Source of the DNA: Isurus oxyrinchus
Taxonomy: Eukaryota
DNA: 64,000 nt
Reading direction: 5' to 3'
Assembly: GCA_026770705.1 (NCBI GenBank)
Contig: JANJGN010000071.1
Location: 2,418,001-2,482,000, forward strand
Each line of letters starts with the position of its first letter. The first letter of the stretch is position 1. The notes beneath the pieces are model-generated. The model did no database searches, had not been told where the DNA came from, and was given only the letters and a program-made list of their open reading frames with translations. This document shows positions 23,584 through 36,479 of the stretch, piece after piece. The translations under genes were made by a program, and so were the position numbers.

Positions 23584-25219
23584 CAACTTTTGTCTTCGCA
23601 AAGTGTCTGGCTTGGTATTTCAGGCTACTTGTCTCTCCCTCACCCTCCCCCCCAACCATGCCCCCCACACCAGGGAACAATTGTCCCCCCTTCCTCTGAA
23701 GTTCTGGGTAAAGATCAGCTTTGTTCAATGCAAAATGTTCCGACATCGAGAACGTTGTTACAAATATCTCACAAAGGGCACACGCCATGATAGCCCACTT
23801 TCAACAGATTTTACCAGTTGACCAGGTTGAAAACCTTTTCATAAACCACAACGTAGGTGTTCAATTCTTGCTGCTGTTTGCTTAATGCTCTCATAACTGC
23901 TATAACCTCTCTAGTTCCACTACATAACAACACAAACATAAATAAACAGAAGCAGGAGTAGGCCTTTTGGCCCCCCAAGCCTGCTTGTCCTTTCAATTTG
24001 AACCTGGCTCCTGCTGAAAGTTATTTAAGTTGAAGCAATAAAGCCATCAGGTGCAGGGATTAAAATGTAAGCAAAGGAAAAATAATACTTAGACATGAGA
24101 TTTAAAATCAGTTTCTGTCAAGTATCATAGTGAGGCCCATTGCTCTGGATTCCTTCTTTCCAGAGTGAAGGGTTTGAAACTAGGAGTCACATTCAGCAGC
24201 TGCATTGTCTTCTCTAGTCGACTGTTTGGAGGTTGCCTGTAGATGTGAATCAGCAGGTCAGCAGCTTTGAGGAGTGAGTGAAGGTCCCTTTTATTTAAAG
24301 GATCTGCCACAGGATGTGCAGGAATATTCCTGCTGAATCCCCCATCCTTGTATTCATGAAGGTTTTGAAACTGGAAGTCATATTCAGCAGCTGCAATGGC
24401 CTTTGTAGTCAACTGTCTGGAGGTTGCCTGCACAGGTGGACTCGGCATGTCAACAGCTTTGTTGGGCGGGGGACACGGGTAGTGAAGGTCCCTTTTCTTT
24501 AAAGGCTCTGCCAGTGCAAAACTTGATGATCCTGGGTCAAAATCATGTATCTCCCTCCCCAACAGCACTGTGGGTGTGACCTATGGAGGGTCCTTGGCTT
24601 CGACAAGCAGCCTACCAGCTCTGCTCTCAATTCCTCTTCGCACTTGCTTCCTTCCTCCTCTGGTCTTTACTTTGTTATAGTGTTAGTGTCCGCTCTGCCT
24701 TTTTTGTTGCTTTCCCAATTCTTCCCACCAACTCTCTCTGGCTTGATCCTTCTCTGTGCTCATCTCATTGGTTTGAGTTTCTATCCGTTCATTGACCTGG
24801 TGTAATCTGAAACTGGTGCAATCAGGTAGGGGTGGGGGGGTTGGCGCTGGCCGTGGGTGGTGATACAGGGCTACCTTTTTACCAAAATTGTTTCACGGGA
24901 TGTGGACAGCGTTTGTTACCTGTTCCTGACTGACCCCTTGAGAAGGGGGTGCTGAGCTGCCTTTTCGAAGTGCTGCAGTTCGCCTGGTTTGACTGGTCTG
25001 TGGCGGGTTTTGATATAACTCAGTGGCTTGCTCGGCCATTTCAGGGGCCAGTTAAGAGTCAACCACATTGCTGTGGGTCAGGAGTCACACGTAGGCCAGA
25101 ATGGGTAAGGACGGCAGGTTTCCTTCCCCAAAGGGCATTAGTGACCCAGATGGGTTTTTGCAACAATTGGCCTTAGTTTCATGGTCACCATTACTGAGAC
25201 TAGCTTCGCATTCCAGATG

Positions 25220-26300
25220 TCACATCCAGTCGTGGACAATTAAACAACTCACTGGAGGAGGAGTCTCCACAAATATCACCATCCTCAATGATGGAGGAGC
25301 CCAGCACATCGGTGCAAAAGACAAGACTGAAGCATGCGCAACAACCTTCAGCCAGAAGTGCTGAGTGGCTGATCCATCTCGGCCTCCTCCGGAGGTCCCC
25401 AGCATCACAGATGCCAATCTTTAGCCAATTCGATTAATTCCATGTGATATCAAGGAAGGGCTGAAGGCACTGGATATTGCAAATGCTCCAGACCCTGACA
25501 TTATTCCGGCAATAGTACTGAAGACTTGTGCTCCAGAACTTGCTGCGCCCCTAGCCAAGCTTTTCTGGAATTTTCTAGTACAGCTGCAACACTGGCAACT
25601 ACCTGTCTATGGGTTACGTCCTGTACACAAAAAGCAGGACAAATCCAACCCAGCCAATTCCCCAGCAGTCTATTCTTGATCATTACTAAAGTGATGGAAG
25701 GGGTCATCAACAGCGCTTGCAAGCAGCACCTGCTTACCAAGAACCTGCTCACTGACGCTCAGTTTGTGTTCCACCAGGATCATTCAGCTCCTGGCCTCAT
25801 TACAGCCTTGGTTCAAACATGCACAAATGAGCTGAACTCCAGAGGTGAGGTGAGAGTGACTGCCCTTGACATCAAGGCAGCATTTGACTGAGTGTGGCAA
25901 ATCAAGGAGCCCGAGCAAAACTGGAGTCAATGGGAATCGGGGGAAAACTCTCCGCTGCTTGGAGTCATACCCAGCACAAAGGACGATGGTTGTGATTATT
26001 GGGGGTCAATCATCTCAGTTCCAGGACATCACTGCAGGAGTTGCTCAGGGTAGTGTCCTAGGCTCAACTATCTTCAGCTGCTTCATCAATGTCCTTCCTT
26101 CCATCATAAGGTCAGAAGTGGGGATGTTTGCTGATGTTTGCACAATGTTCAGCACCATTCACGGCTCCTCAGATACTGAAGCAAGTTATGTCCAAATGCA
26201 GCAAGACCTGGACAACATCCAGGCTTGGGCTGACAGGTGACAAGTAACATTCATGCCACACAAGTGCCAGGCAATGACCAGCTTCAACAAGAGAGAATCT
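25220..26300 (+). mobile_element. Non-LTR retrotransposon (CR1/L2 group) reverse-transcriptase fragment
   Basis: Motifs ALDIKAAFD, GVAQGSVLG and MFADV; frameshifted; same family at 57580-58570. Confidence 0.85.
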
Positions 26301-26779
26301 CATTGAAGGTGCAGAAAATTTGGATTTATTTTAAAGAGCCAGCCAGGACTAGCAGCTAGGGTGACAAAGCGTACACAGACAATCACATCCTTACGTGAAA
26401 GCTAAAAACCTGTACAAAGGGTTCAGCTGTAAATTTGCAATGAGGAAATGGGAGACACACACACAAGGACACAGGGTGACTCAATCAAGAAATGGGGAAG
26501 GTTATTTCACACCGTCCGATGGCCTTGAACCACATCCAGTCAGCCTCCGGAAACCTTTTGTATTGAACAAACATAGATTCTTTGCTGTCTCAAAAGGACA
26601 ATAGCCAGTTTCTGCCCTGTAATTACTGTACAAGCACACAATTATCAGCCCACCGGAGGGTCATTGTGCTGTGGCCTTTGTCTAACTAATACCATTACCT
26701 TGTAACTGAGAGTAAAAATATATAAACTGTGCTCATTTGAACCTCGGTGGAGAAGCACCTGGACTGCCCAGGAATGGCG

Positions 26780-27720
26780 GCTAAATGAGCTGCTGACACA
26801 AAGATAGGTTGGAAAGTAAATTGTGAAGAGGATGTAAGGTGGTTAGAAAGTGACATCGATAGGTTAAGTGAGTGGGCAAAGATCTGACAAATGGTGTATA
26901 ATGTGGGCGCATGTGAAATTGTTCATTTTGTCAGAAAGAACAAGAAGGAAGATTATTATCTAAATGGTGAGAGATGGTAGAGCTCTGAGATGCAGAGGGA
27001 TCTGGGTGTCCTCGTGCATGAATCACAAAAGGCTGGTTTGCAGATACAGCAGGTCATGAGGAAAGCTAATGGGATGTTATAATTTACTGTGGGGGAATTG
27101 AATAGAAAAGTAGGGAGGTTATGTTCAGTTGTACAGGGCACTGGTGAGACCACATCTGGAGTACTCTGTGCAGTAAGGTCACCTTACTTGTAGAAAGATG
27201 TAAATGCATTAGAAGCGGTTCAGAGAAGGTTTACTAGACTAATACCAGGAATGGGTGGTTTGTCTTATGAGATCAGGTTGGACAGGTTAGGCTTGTATCC
27301 ACTGGAGTTTAGAAGAGTAAGAGGCGACTTAATTAAAACCTTTAAGATCCAGGGGAGTCTTGACAGGGTGGATATGGAGAGGATGTTCCCTCTTGTGTGA
27401 GAATCTAGAACTAGGCGGTCATGGTTTAAAAATAAGGGGTCGCTCATTTAAGATAGAGATGAGACGAAATGTTTTCGCTCAGAGGGTAGTAAGTCTTTGG
27501 AACACTCTGCCTCAAAAGGCAGTGGAAACAGGGTCTTTGAATATTTTTAAGGCAGAGCTAGATAGATTCTTGATTAACAAGGGGGTGAAAGGTCATTGGG
27601 GGTAGACAGGAATGTGAGGTTGAGGTGACAATCAGATCAGCCATGATCTTACTGAATGGCGGAGCAGGTTCGAGGGGCTGAGTGACCTACTCCTGATCCT
27701 AACTCAGATATCCATATGTT
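26780..27720 (+). mobile_element. CR1 LINE 3' fragment
   Basis: GHGLKIRGRSFKIEMRRNVFAQRVVSLWNTLP and CR1 tail. Confidence 0.85.
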
Positions 27721-28094
27721 CTCAAAGGCAATTGGGGATGGGCAACAAATACTGGCCTAGTCAGCGACACCAACATCCCTGAAATGAATAAGAAAAAAAT
27801 GTATCAATCAATTAAATTTATTGATTAATCGAATCTAAATTCCTCCAGCTGCCGTGGTGGGATTTGAACCCTTACCTCCAAAGCATTCACCTGGGCCTCT
27901 GGATCACTGGCCTAGTGCCATTCCCATTGTGCGACTGTCTGCTATCATCATGGCTCTTTCACATCGATGTGGAAGTCCTGATAACAGAAGCATTGGACGA
28001 GGTACAGAAAGGTGACAAATCAGGAGATCCATAGCTCAATAGGAATGGAAAATAAAGATAAATGAACATAAACCTTCCAGTCGCTAATTAGTGA

Positions 28095-28310
28095 GGTAGT
28101 GCAGCACTATCGGAGGATCAGTACTGAGGGAGTGCTGCACTGTCAGTGGGTCTGAACTGAGGGAGTCCTGCACTGTCGGAGGGTTTGAACTGAGGGAGTG
28201 CTGCACTGTCGGAGGGTTTGAACTGAGGTAGAGCTGCAATGTCGGAGGGTTTGAACTGAGGGAGTGCTGCACTGTTGGAGGGTTTGAACAGAGGGAGTGC
28301 TGCGCTGTCT
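28095..28310 (-). repeat. 33-bp SINE-derived minisatellite
   Basis: ctgagggagtgctgcactgtcggagggt units. Confidence 0.85.
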
Positions 28311-29004
28311 AAAGAACATTGTACAAATTGTACAAAATTGCTTCTGATGCCTGTGTCTCATGCTAACATGAAGTTCATGCACATAACAGGAATATTTCTC
28401 GCTGTTTCTGAGCAGCAAGGCAGCCTTCATATCGCACCACCCACTGGCAGGTGTGTGTGCAGCTGCAATGTGACATGTTTACTTTGGAAATTTCTATTAT
28501 AAAGATGGGCACAGGAATTCATCTGATTGGAAAACGTGACAACATGAAGTAATGTCTTTGAGCCAAGAATTTGGCAGCAAAATAAGAATTTTAATCTATA
28601 AATAGCTACAGAACAGCCTGAGCATTTTAATCACTTGTGTTAATCAATGTAATTTTATTCATAACCCAAATGCTTCTTACAATCTATCGCAGCATGAAAA
28701 AGGTGCAGCATTCAGAAAGCACATTCCAATCAGAGAACAGAGTTTAGCAACGTCACATTTCTGTTCATTCCTATTCGACCATGTTGGCTGCACACAGCCA
28801 GACAATGCCGTGGTTATGATGTGTCCACACAGCAGGACTGGGGAGCACCAGGTATAAGGAAAAGTTTCAGCTTGCTGAGGAGAAGAAGGAGAATCTCTCG
28901 TTCCAGGTTTCTCTCCGTACATTAAGAAGCAGGCATGCCGATGTTTCATTGCACTCTGTCTGCTGATGGGAGTCCGCTTGGAAATTGCTGTTTGTGCTGA
29001 TGGA

Positions 29005-29620
29005 AAGAATAAGCTTTTCATAAATCGAGGGATTGAGTACAAACACAGGGAGGTTATGCTGAACATTTATAAAGCTCTGGTTAGGTCACAACTAGAGTAT
29101 TGTGTCCAGTTCTGGTCTCCTCACTTTGGGAAGGAAGTGAGGGTCCTTGAGAGGGTGGGGAGGAGATTGAGCAGAATGGGTCCAGGGATGAGGGATTTTA
29201 GCTACAAGGTTGGGTTGGAGAAGCTGGGGTTGTTCTCCTTGGAGCAAAGGAGATTGAGGGGGGATCTGATCGAGGTGTACAAGATGATGATGGGTTTAGA
29301 TCAGGTAGACGAAGAGAAGCTGTTGCCATTAGCTGATGGGACAAGGACTGGGGGACACAGATTGAAGGTTGTGGGCAGAGGGGGGATGTGAGAAGGAACT
29401 TTTTTACACAGCGAGTGGTAATGAGCTGGAACTCGCTGCCTACCAGGATGGTGGAAGCGGAGACGATGAACGATTTCAGAAGGAAATTGGATGGACACTT
29501 GAGGGGAAATAAACTCACAGGGATACGGGGATAGAGCGGGGGAATGGGACTGACTGGATTGCTCTACAGAGAGACAGCATAGACTCAATGGGCTGAATGG
29601 GCTCCCACTGTGCTGGAATG
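29005..29620 (+). mobile_element. CR1 LINE 3' fragment (duplicated at 46605-47210)
   Basis: EVMLNIYKALVRSQLEYCVQFWSPH...LEQRRLRGDLIEVYK. Confidence 0.9.
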
Positions 29621-29759
29621 CCTCTCTGATACGAAGGTGATTCTAACCAGGACACTGACCAGTTTCATTACAACTTAACACAACATCACACGTTATTTGT
29701 CCACACTGACTGACCAGATTGTTGCTGTACAAAGCTTCAAACAGGCTGTCGACTTCCTT

Positions 29760-29875
29760 TCACTGTTTGTCTCTCCCAGACACAGACTCCAGTGATAGTG
29801 ATACCACAGCCACAAGGAATATCATAGCTCGTATTCCCAGGATCAGGATCACGTGCAGAATCTCTCCTCCACTGT
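29760..29875 (-). CDS. Siglec-like gene A TM/terminal exon (Y)SGGEILHVILILGIRAMIFLVAVVSLSLESVSGRDKQ*
   Basis: tctAG acceptor; phase 1 matches the preceding C2 exon; hydrophobic stretch with Arg; 1-nt deletion relative to the gene B copy. Confidence 0.8.
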
Positions 29876-31575
29876 CTAGAGAACACACAGAAAGAAATCA
29901 TCACTGACACTCCGCTTTCAATCTCTCACTCTGGCTGAACAATCAAGCTTCATATCACTGCAACATTTGCTGTAATATTGACCCATCCACTGGGATTCAA
30001 TGTGGAATGAATGTTTTCATTGTAAACACTCTAAGAGTGGACAATCGGAACTTTCCCCTTAGCGTGGAACATTGGTGAGAATGGATCATTGTGCTGTTGG
30101 ACTCCCTGTCCAATGTTTCTCTCCATCGCTGTGTACAGGATTGTGCTGTAGAAAATTCTGGAAACGTTTAGTGCAGGGTGGAAATCCATCTCGGACGCGT
30201 GTGCGAATCGGACAGGATCGAGATGGACTCCCCCATGGAATTACACCCCCCGCTTAATAAACAGTTCCAATCATTACCCAGAGAGAGGGGAGAATGTGGA
30301 ACTCACTCCCACTGGGAGTGGTTGAGGTGAACAGGATCGATGTATTTAAGGGGCAGGAGGGTCGGTAACCAGAGGGACACAGATTGACGAACCGGAGGGG
30401 GAGATGAGGAGAATTTGTTTTGACAGAGTGAGTTGTTGTGATCTGGAAGGTGCTGCCTGAAAGGGCGGTGGAAGCAGATTCAATAGGAACTTTCAAAAGG
30501 GAAATTGGATAAACACTTGAAGGAGGAAGATGGGGGCAAAGTGGAGTGGTGGTTAGTGGATCTGATTGGATAGAACATTGGAAGACCTGGCACAGGCACA
30601 ATGGGCTGAATGGCCTCCTCCTGTGCTGTATCATTCTCCGCTTCTATGATCTCTCCCCCAGTTAGTAACCACTCCAGATCCCTCTTGAAGGCAACAGAGA
30701 GACAGCAACCACCACACCCACTGACAGCACATTCCCGAGGATCCCTACTCTCTGGGAAAAGATGAACTCCCCAACATCCAGCCTATTCCTGCTTCCTGGA
30801 GAGTGTAAACCCTTCCCAGAGCGCGGATGAACCTTTCAATAAACTGTATTATCAAATCTACCATTTGATATATAAGTTAATTTCGATGAACTTACAGCAT
30901 GTGTTGCAAATTGTGAAGTGAAGTTGGCTGAAAAGCTGGGAGGTGCAAGGTTAAGCACCACAGTGCCATCACTGGTGGGAGGATGTAAAGACAGTGTGAC
31001 GTTTACATATGTTGCCCCCATTATAAACAGGGTCATTGGACATGATGGCAAAACTGAACACTGGAAAGGTGAGAAAATGAAGTAAGTTCTTCACTAACAG
31101 GAAATCCTTTCCTAAACTTCCTTATCTCTCCCTTTCTCTCAGATACACAAAAAATTTGACACAGGGCATTATAAGGAGGAGTTAGGGCAGGCAAGAGTTA
31201 GGGATTAGGAAGCTTCTTAAAGGAGGAGAGAGATACACGGAGAGTTGGGGAGTATCAGTTGGAATCTTTGTGCATGTGAGTTTCTGGAATAGACTTTGTA
31301 ATTTGGATATTCTTCGATAAATATGAATGGGAACACATATCCCAGAATCCAGGAGAACTCTCCAGTGCAGTACTGAGGGAGGTCAGGTAACTCACAGGGA
31401 AGTGTGTACTACTGTGTTTGTGTGAGTGTGTCTTTCTGTGTGCTCATGAGTGTGGGATTGTGTGTGTGCATGCAGTTTGGGTCTGTACATTTGTGAGTGC
31501 TTGTGTGTGTGTGGGAGAGCATCTGAGTATATGTGTTTGGAGATGTGAGAAATATTAAAGTCTGTGTACACTCAC

Positions 31576-31857
31576 ATTCCACAGTAATGGTTAGGAACCC
31601 CTCCATTGCTCCATGTTCATTCTCTGCCACACACTGATATTCTCCAGTGTCCCTGGATGTAACGTGAGGAATCACCAACCACAGCTCATTGTTGGAACTT
31701 GTTCTGTTCATTGGGACATTAAGATGTCGCCACGTCAGGTTAGAAGCTGGGGAGCTCTCGACAGAGCAGATTATCACTGCAGAATTCCCCTCAATTATAT
31801 TGATCGATGAAGCGTTAATCATATCTGGAGAAGTAATTGAGAGATTCCGTGGTGCGT
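31576..31857 (-). CDS. Siglec-like gene A second C2/I-set Ig exon (DAPRNLSI...CSVESSPASNLTW...DTGEYQCVAENEHG...TVE)
   Basis: 282 nt, phase 1-1, AG/GTGAGT; canonical C-W-YxC. Confidence 0.92.
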
Positions 31858-31989
31858 CTAAAAACAAATACAGATCAGTTAACTTACACTGACTGTGAAG
31901 CACTTTGAAAGACACTGAGAATGTGAAAGGTGTGATGTCAATGTAGGTTCTTTCACCACATAGCCCGTAATCCAGGCAGACACTTCAGT

Positions 31990-32390
31990 TCAGTATTGAG
32001 GGCGTGCTGCACTGTCAGAGGGTCAGTACTGAGGGAGTGCTGCACTGTCAGAGAGTCAGTACTGAGGGAGTGCTGCACTGTCGGAGGGTCAGTAGTGAGG
32101 GAGATCTGCACTGTTGGAAGGTCATTACTGAAGGAGTGCTGCACTGTCAAATGTTCGCTTCTGAGGGAGTGCTGCACTGTAGTAGGGACAGGGAGTGCTG
32201 CACTGTAGGAGGGACAGTACTGTGGGAGCGCTGCACTGTTGGAGGTTTACTGCTGAGGTAAAACTGCACAGTCAGAGCGTCAGTTTTGATTGACCAGTGC
32301 AATGTTGGAGGAGCACTACTGAGGGATCATTACACTATTAGAGAGTCAGTAATGAGGGAGTGCTGCACTGTAGAAGGGTCAGTGCTGAGG
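31990..32390 (-). repeat. 33-bp SINE-derived minisatellite
   Basis: Paralogous position to 60390-60880. Confidence 0.85.
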
Positions 32391-32402
32391 AGGCAAACAT
32401 GC

Positions 32403-32650
32403 TGTTATGTGTGTACTATAGGCCTCATGTGATAATGTGGAGTGCCAGGTACCTTTAAGAGAATACAAGTGGATAAACCATGTGACAGTACTGACCAATC
32501 ACTGGACAGTGTGGGCCACTGGTTAACTGTAAGTCTAGAGCTGGAGGTGGCTGTGGGAGCAGGCAAGGATTTAGTGCTCTGCCCTCTGTTACAATAAATA
32601 ATCAGCTTGTTCTAATGTCGGTCTCTCTTGGTTATTGATAGCGAGCATCA
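32403..32650 (+). mobile_element. Short solo-LTR-like element
   Basis: TGTT...ATCA termini and internal AATAAA; no clear TSD. Confidence 0.4.
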
Positions 32651-32659
32651 ACTAAGAAT

Positions 32660-32860
32660 AACTCAACAGGTCTGGCAGCTTCGGGGGAGAAGAAAAGAGT
32701 TGATGTTTCGAGTCCTCATGACCCTTCGACAGAACTGAGGTCATGAGGACTCGAAACGTCAACACTTTTCTCCTCCGCCGATGCTGCCAGACCTGCTGAG
32801 TTTTTCCAGGTAATTCTGTTTTTGTTTTGGATTTCCAGCATCCGCAGTTTTTTTGTTTTT
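32660..32860. mobile_element. Penelope-like short element with about 60-bp inverted repeat and degenerate hammerhead-like core
   Basis: actcaacaggtctggcagc...tttcgagtcctcatgacc / ggtcatgaggactcgaaa...gctgccagacctgctgagt; related pieces at about 12640-12730, 50160-50295 and 53905-54115. Confidence 0.55.
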
Positions 32861-32979
32861 ATCAACTAACAAGTGTATATGAAGGAGTGCAATTCGAGTT
32901 TACTCAACCAGTGAACTCATAGACTCAAGATATAAAACCAACAAACAGTCAGGGAGAGATGGACAATCCAACATGTGAT

Positions 32980-34200
32980 CACATTTCAGAGATGTGTAAG
33001 AATAATAAAGCAGTAATACTCAGGGATTTTAACTACCTAAATATTAATTGGGACAGCTTTAGTGAGCAAGGTAGGGAGGGAGAAAAATTCTGAAGTTGCA
33101 TCCAGGAGAAGATTTTTAGCCTGTGCATAGAAAGCTCAACAAGGGAGGGGACAGTTCTGGACCTAATATATGAAAAAGCGCCGGGGAAGTTGGAAAGCGT
33201 ATCAGTAGGGGAGATAGTGACTGTAACTCAACTGGATTTAGGACAGTTATGGAGAAGGATAAGTTTGTGCTGGGAATAAAAATTCTAAACTGGGGAAAGG
33301 CTAATTTTACTAAGATGAGATATGATTTGGCCCAAGTGGACTGGGAGAAGCTCTTTGCAGATAAAACTGTGTCAGAGCAGTGGGAGGCATTCAAGGAGGG
33401 AAGAGCGAGAGTACAGAGCAGATATCTTCCTGTAAAGACAAAGAGGGAGACCAAGTCTGGAGAACCCTGGAAGACAAGGAACATAAAGGTTAGGACTGAG
33501 AAAAAAGAGAAGCTTATGGCAGATACTGAGGGCTCAATACAGCAGAGTCCCTAGAGGAGTATAAATAGTGCAGAGGGGAACTGAAAAAGGACATGAGGAA
33601 AGATAAGAGAGTGCATGAGAAAGCACTGGTGGGTAGAATAAAGCAAAACCCAGAGGGATTTTTTAAATATGTAAAGAGCAGCAGAATAACTTGGGAAAGA
33701 GTGGGGCCGATTAGGGGCCATCGGGGTAATGTGTGTGTGGACCTGGAAGACGTGGGTACAGTCCTCAATGAATACTTTGCATCAGTCTTCACAATGGAAA
33801 AGGATGATGCAGGTATAACATCAGGGTGGAGGACAGTGAAATATGAGAGGAAATTAACATAGAGAGAGGAGGTACTAGTGGGTTTAGTGGCCTGAAAAGT
33901 GGATAAATCCACAAGCCCAGATGAGATGAATCCAAAGCTGTTGAGGGAGGAAAGGGAAGAGATATCAGGGGCCCTGGCAGTAATTTTCAAAACCTCTCTG
34001 GCCACAGGTGAGGTGCCAGAGAACTGGAGGATGGCTGATGTTGTCCCATTATTAAAAAAAGGAGGAAGGGATAGATCAGGAAATTACAGGCCAGTCAGTC
34101 TAACCTCGGTGGTGGGGAAGTTACTAGTAAGAATTCTGAAGGACAGAATGAACCAGCATGGACATGATGGACTAAATGGCCTCCTTCTGTCTAGGAGTCT
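32980..34200 (+). mobile_element. CR1 LINE ORF2 fragment (endonuclease end to RT start)
   Basis: GDFNY motif, LNEYFASVFT and NWRMADVVPLLKKG...NYRPVSLTSVVGKLL. Confidence 0.88.
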
Positions 34201-34378
34201 ATGAGTCCATGATGCACTGTCGGAGAGTCAGTAGTAAGGATGTACTGCCTGTCAGGGGTCACTTTTTACCAGTTAAAGACCAATGGTCTGTTGGTAAACA
34301 AAGTGCAGTGTGTGGGAGCTTGCTGTGCACATTTTATACTATTCCAGCGAATGTAGAATGAAGGATGTCGGTACTTAC

Positions 34379-34675
34379 CCTGCACAGTTAGTACGAGGGT
34401 CCGCTCCGATGAAACAGATGGATGTCTCACTCTGCAGCTGAGAGTGTGTCCGTGGTGTTTGAGTGATGGGATCAGGGTCAGAACAGAAGTATAGGTCAGA
34501 GTGACACCATGCTGAGTTACAGTGTTTGAGACTGATCCAGGTACGTCAGTGGGAATGTCCCAGGTTAAGACAGGTGCTGCTGTTCCATTGCACGTTGTGT
34601 TGAAGGTGCAGCTTACATCCACACGCTTTCCTGCAATAATTTCCGCAGGGAATATCGTGGGTTTATCTGTGAAAT
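34379..34675 (-). CDS. Siglec-like gene A first C2-set exon (DFTDKPTIFPAEIIAGKRVDVSCTFNTTCNG...LSCRVRHP...LTVQ)
   Basis: 297 nt, phase 1-1; extra Cys (TTC) typical of the Siglec domain-2 interdomain disulfide. Confidence 0.92.
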
Positions 34676-35403
34676 CTAACAGACAGAGAATGGATCCTTT
34701 TAGAGAAATATAACGTGAAGCATCAGTTCAAATAGAAACCACAGTCCCACAGGAGAAAGTACTTTTACAAGGATGATATCAGAACTGAGAGGTTACAACG
34801 ATCAGGAGAGAATTTCCTGCTTTCAGACTTTGGTGTTTCTGTCTCTCAGCTTAATACACATTCACTCCGAGACACTTGAACTGATAATAGTGGGTGAGGG
34901 TGAAGGAGCAGACCAGAGTTTGGAGTGCACTACCCCATCAGTCACTCAGCGATCTGGGCCATTTAGTACTTTGCAATTTGTGGGAGCTTGCTGTGCGCAA
35001 ATTGGCTGCTGTGTTTCTCACATTACAACAGTAACTACAATTCAGGAATCAGCTCATTGGCTTTGAAGTGATTTGGTCCATGCTGAGGTGGTGAAAGGAT
35101 CTACAGAAATGTGAATCTTTCTTCTGTCGATATGTCAGACTTCGAGACAGGATTAGAGAGATCGATGGGAGTGGATAACCTGAAAACATTGATGGACACA
35201 GTCAATATATTTAATCATTGATATTAAAGTGAGTATTAGATGTTGCTTTAGGACTGAACTGGAAGCTATCACCATGTTATTGAGAATCAGACAGTGTGTT
35301 ATAATAAGCTGTGTTTTGTGTTAATATGTAAACGTCACAGTTTGTGTTATTTCCCTTTGAGTGTTGAATGTGAATTGTTGAGTAATTATAACACAGCACT
35401 TAC

Positions 35404-35440
35404 CAGAAACGTGAAGCTGGGTTACAGCATAGCAGCTGTA
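35404..35440 (-). pseudogene. Remnant 3' end of a second V exon (YSCYAVTQLHVS) inside the gene A intron
   Basis: Retains the GTAAGT donor and downstream intron colinear with gene B 50520-50800; upstream part replaced. Confidence 0.8.
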
Positions 35441-35479
35441 ACAGGGCGTTCGTGAGATTGTAACAGGATCATTGTGTAC

Positions 35480-35960
35480 AGGCAGTTCAGAGAAGCTTCA
35501 CCGGGCTGATTCCTGGGATTAAAGGGCTTGTCCTGTGAGGAAATGTTGAGCAGGTTGGGCCTGTATCCATTGGAGTTTAGAAGAATGAGGGGTGACCTTA
35601 TTGAAACATATCCGATTCCGAGGGGGCTTGACAGGGTGGATGCTGGGAGGATGTTTCCCCCTCGTGGGGGAATCTAGAACCAGGGAGCACAGTTTCGGAA
35701 TGAGGCCTCTCCCATTTAAGACTGAGATGAGGAGGAATTTCCTCTCTCAGAGGGGTGCTAGCCTGTGGAATTCTCTTCCCCAGAAAGCATTGGAGGCTGG
35801 GCCATTGAATAGACTCAAGGCTGAGTGAGGCAGGTTTTTGATCGACAAGGGAGTCAAGGGTTTGGGGGACAGGCAGGAAAATGGAGTTAAGGCCACAACC
35901 AGATCAGTGAGAGCAGGCTCGAGGGGACGAATGGCCTGCTCCTGTTCCTATTTCTTATGT
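35480..35960 (+). mobile_element. CR1 LINE 3' fragment
   Basis: FKTEMRRNFLSQRGASLWNSLPQ and CR1 tail. Confidence 0.8.
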
Positions 35961-36479
35961 TCCTACATTCTTACCATCTTAAAATATTAAAGCTGCAGAA
36001 TAAACATGCAAGTGACTGACCCGCTCGACCCACCTTCCATCTGGGGGTCCCATGGGGAGGACCCTTCCTGAGCCAGGTCCACCAGCCAACATGGTCTGGA
36101 TCCGAGCACAGGAGACACGGGGGGGAGTGACTAACAGGCTCCTTGTGACAGGCCCCATCTGTCCAATGGCTGGCTTTCAGCTGCCAAGGCCAGAGTGGTC
36201 CTTGCTAAAACCAGCTCAGGACAGGCCAGGACCCCTGTGCAGACCCCCTCCAGCGCTGCAGCCTCTGTACAAACCCCTCATGCGCTTGTGGAGAGACACA
36301 AACAAGGCTGCACATTACCGAGGAGAATCCCCTCTACGGACTAAGGGGCTGACTCATCACCTCAAACTCAGCAAATGAGGAGGCTCTCACTCGGTATCGG
36401 GGCTTGGCATTGGCTCAATAAAAATAATCAAATTACATTTTGGTCAGAAATCTAAGGATGTTGTACATTCCCTCAAAAA

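Larger units (their letters stand above)
28330..31710. repeat. Segmental duplication (gene A 3' block), paralogous to about 45930-49285
   Basis: Near-identical 129-aa and 141-aa ORF translations; shared CR1 insertion, TM exon and intron. Confidence 0.9.
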
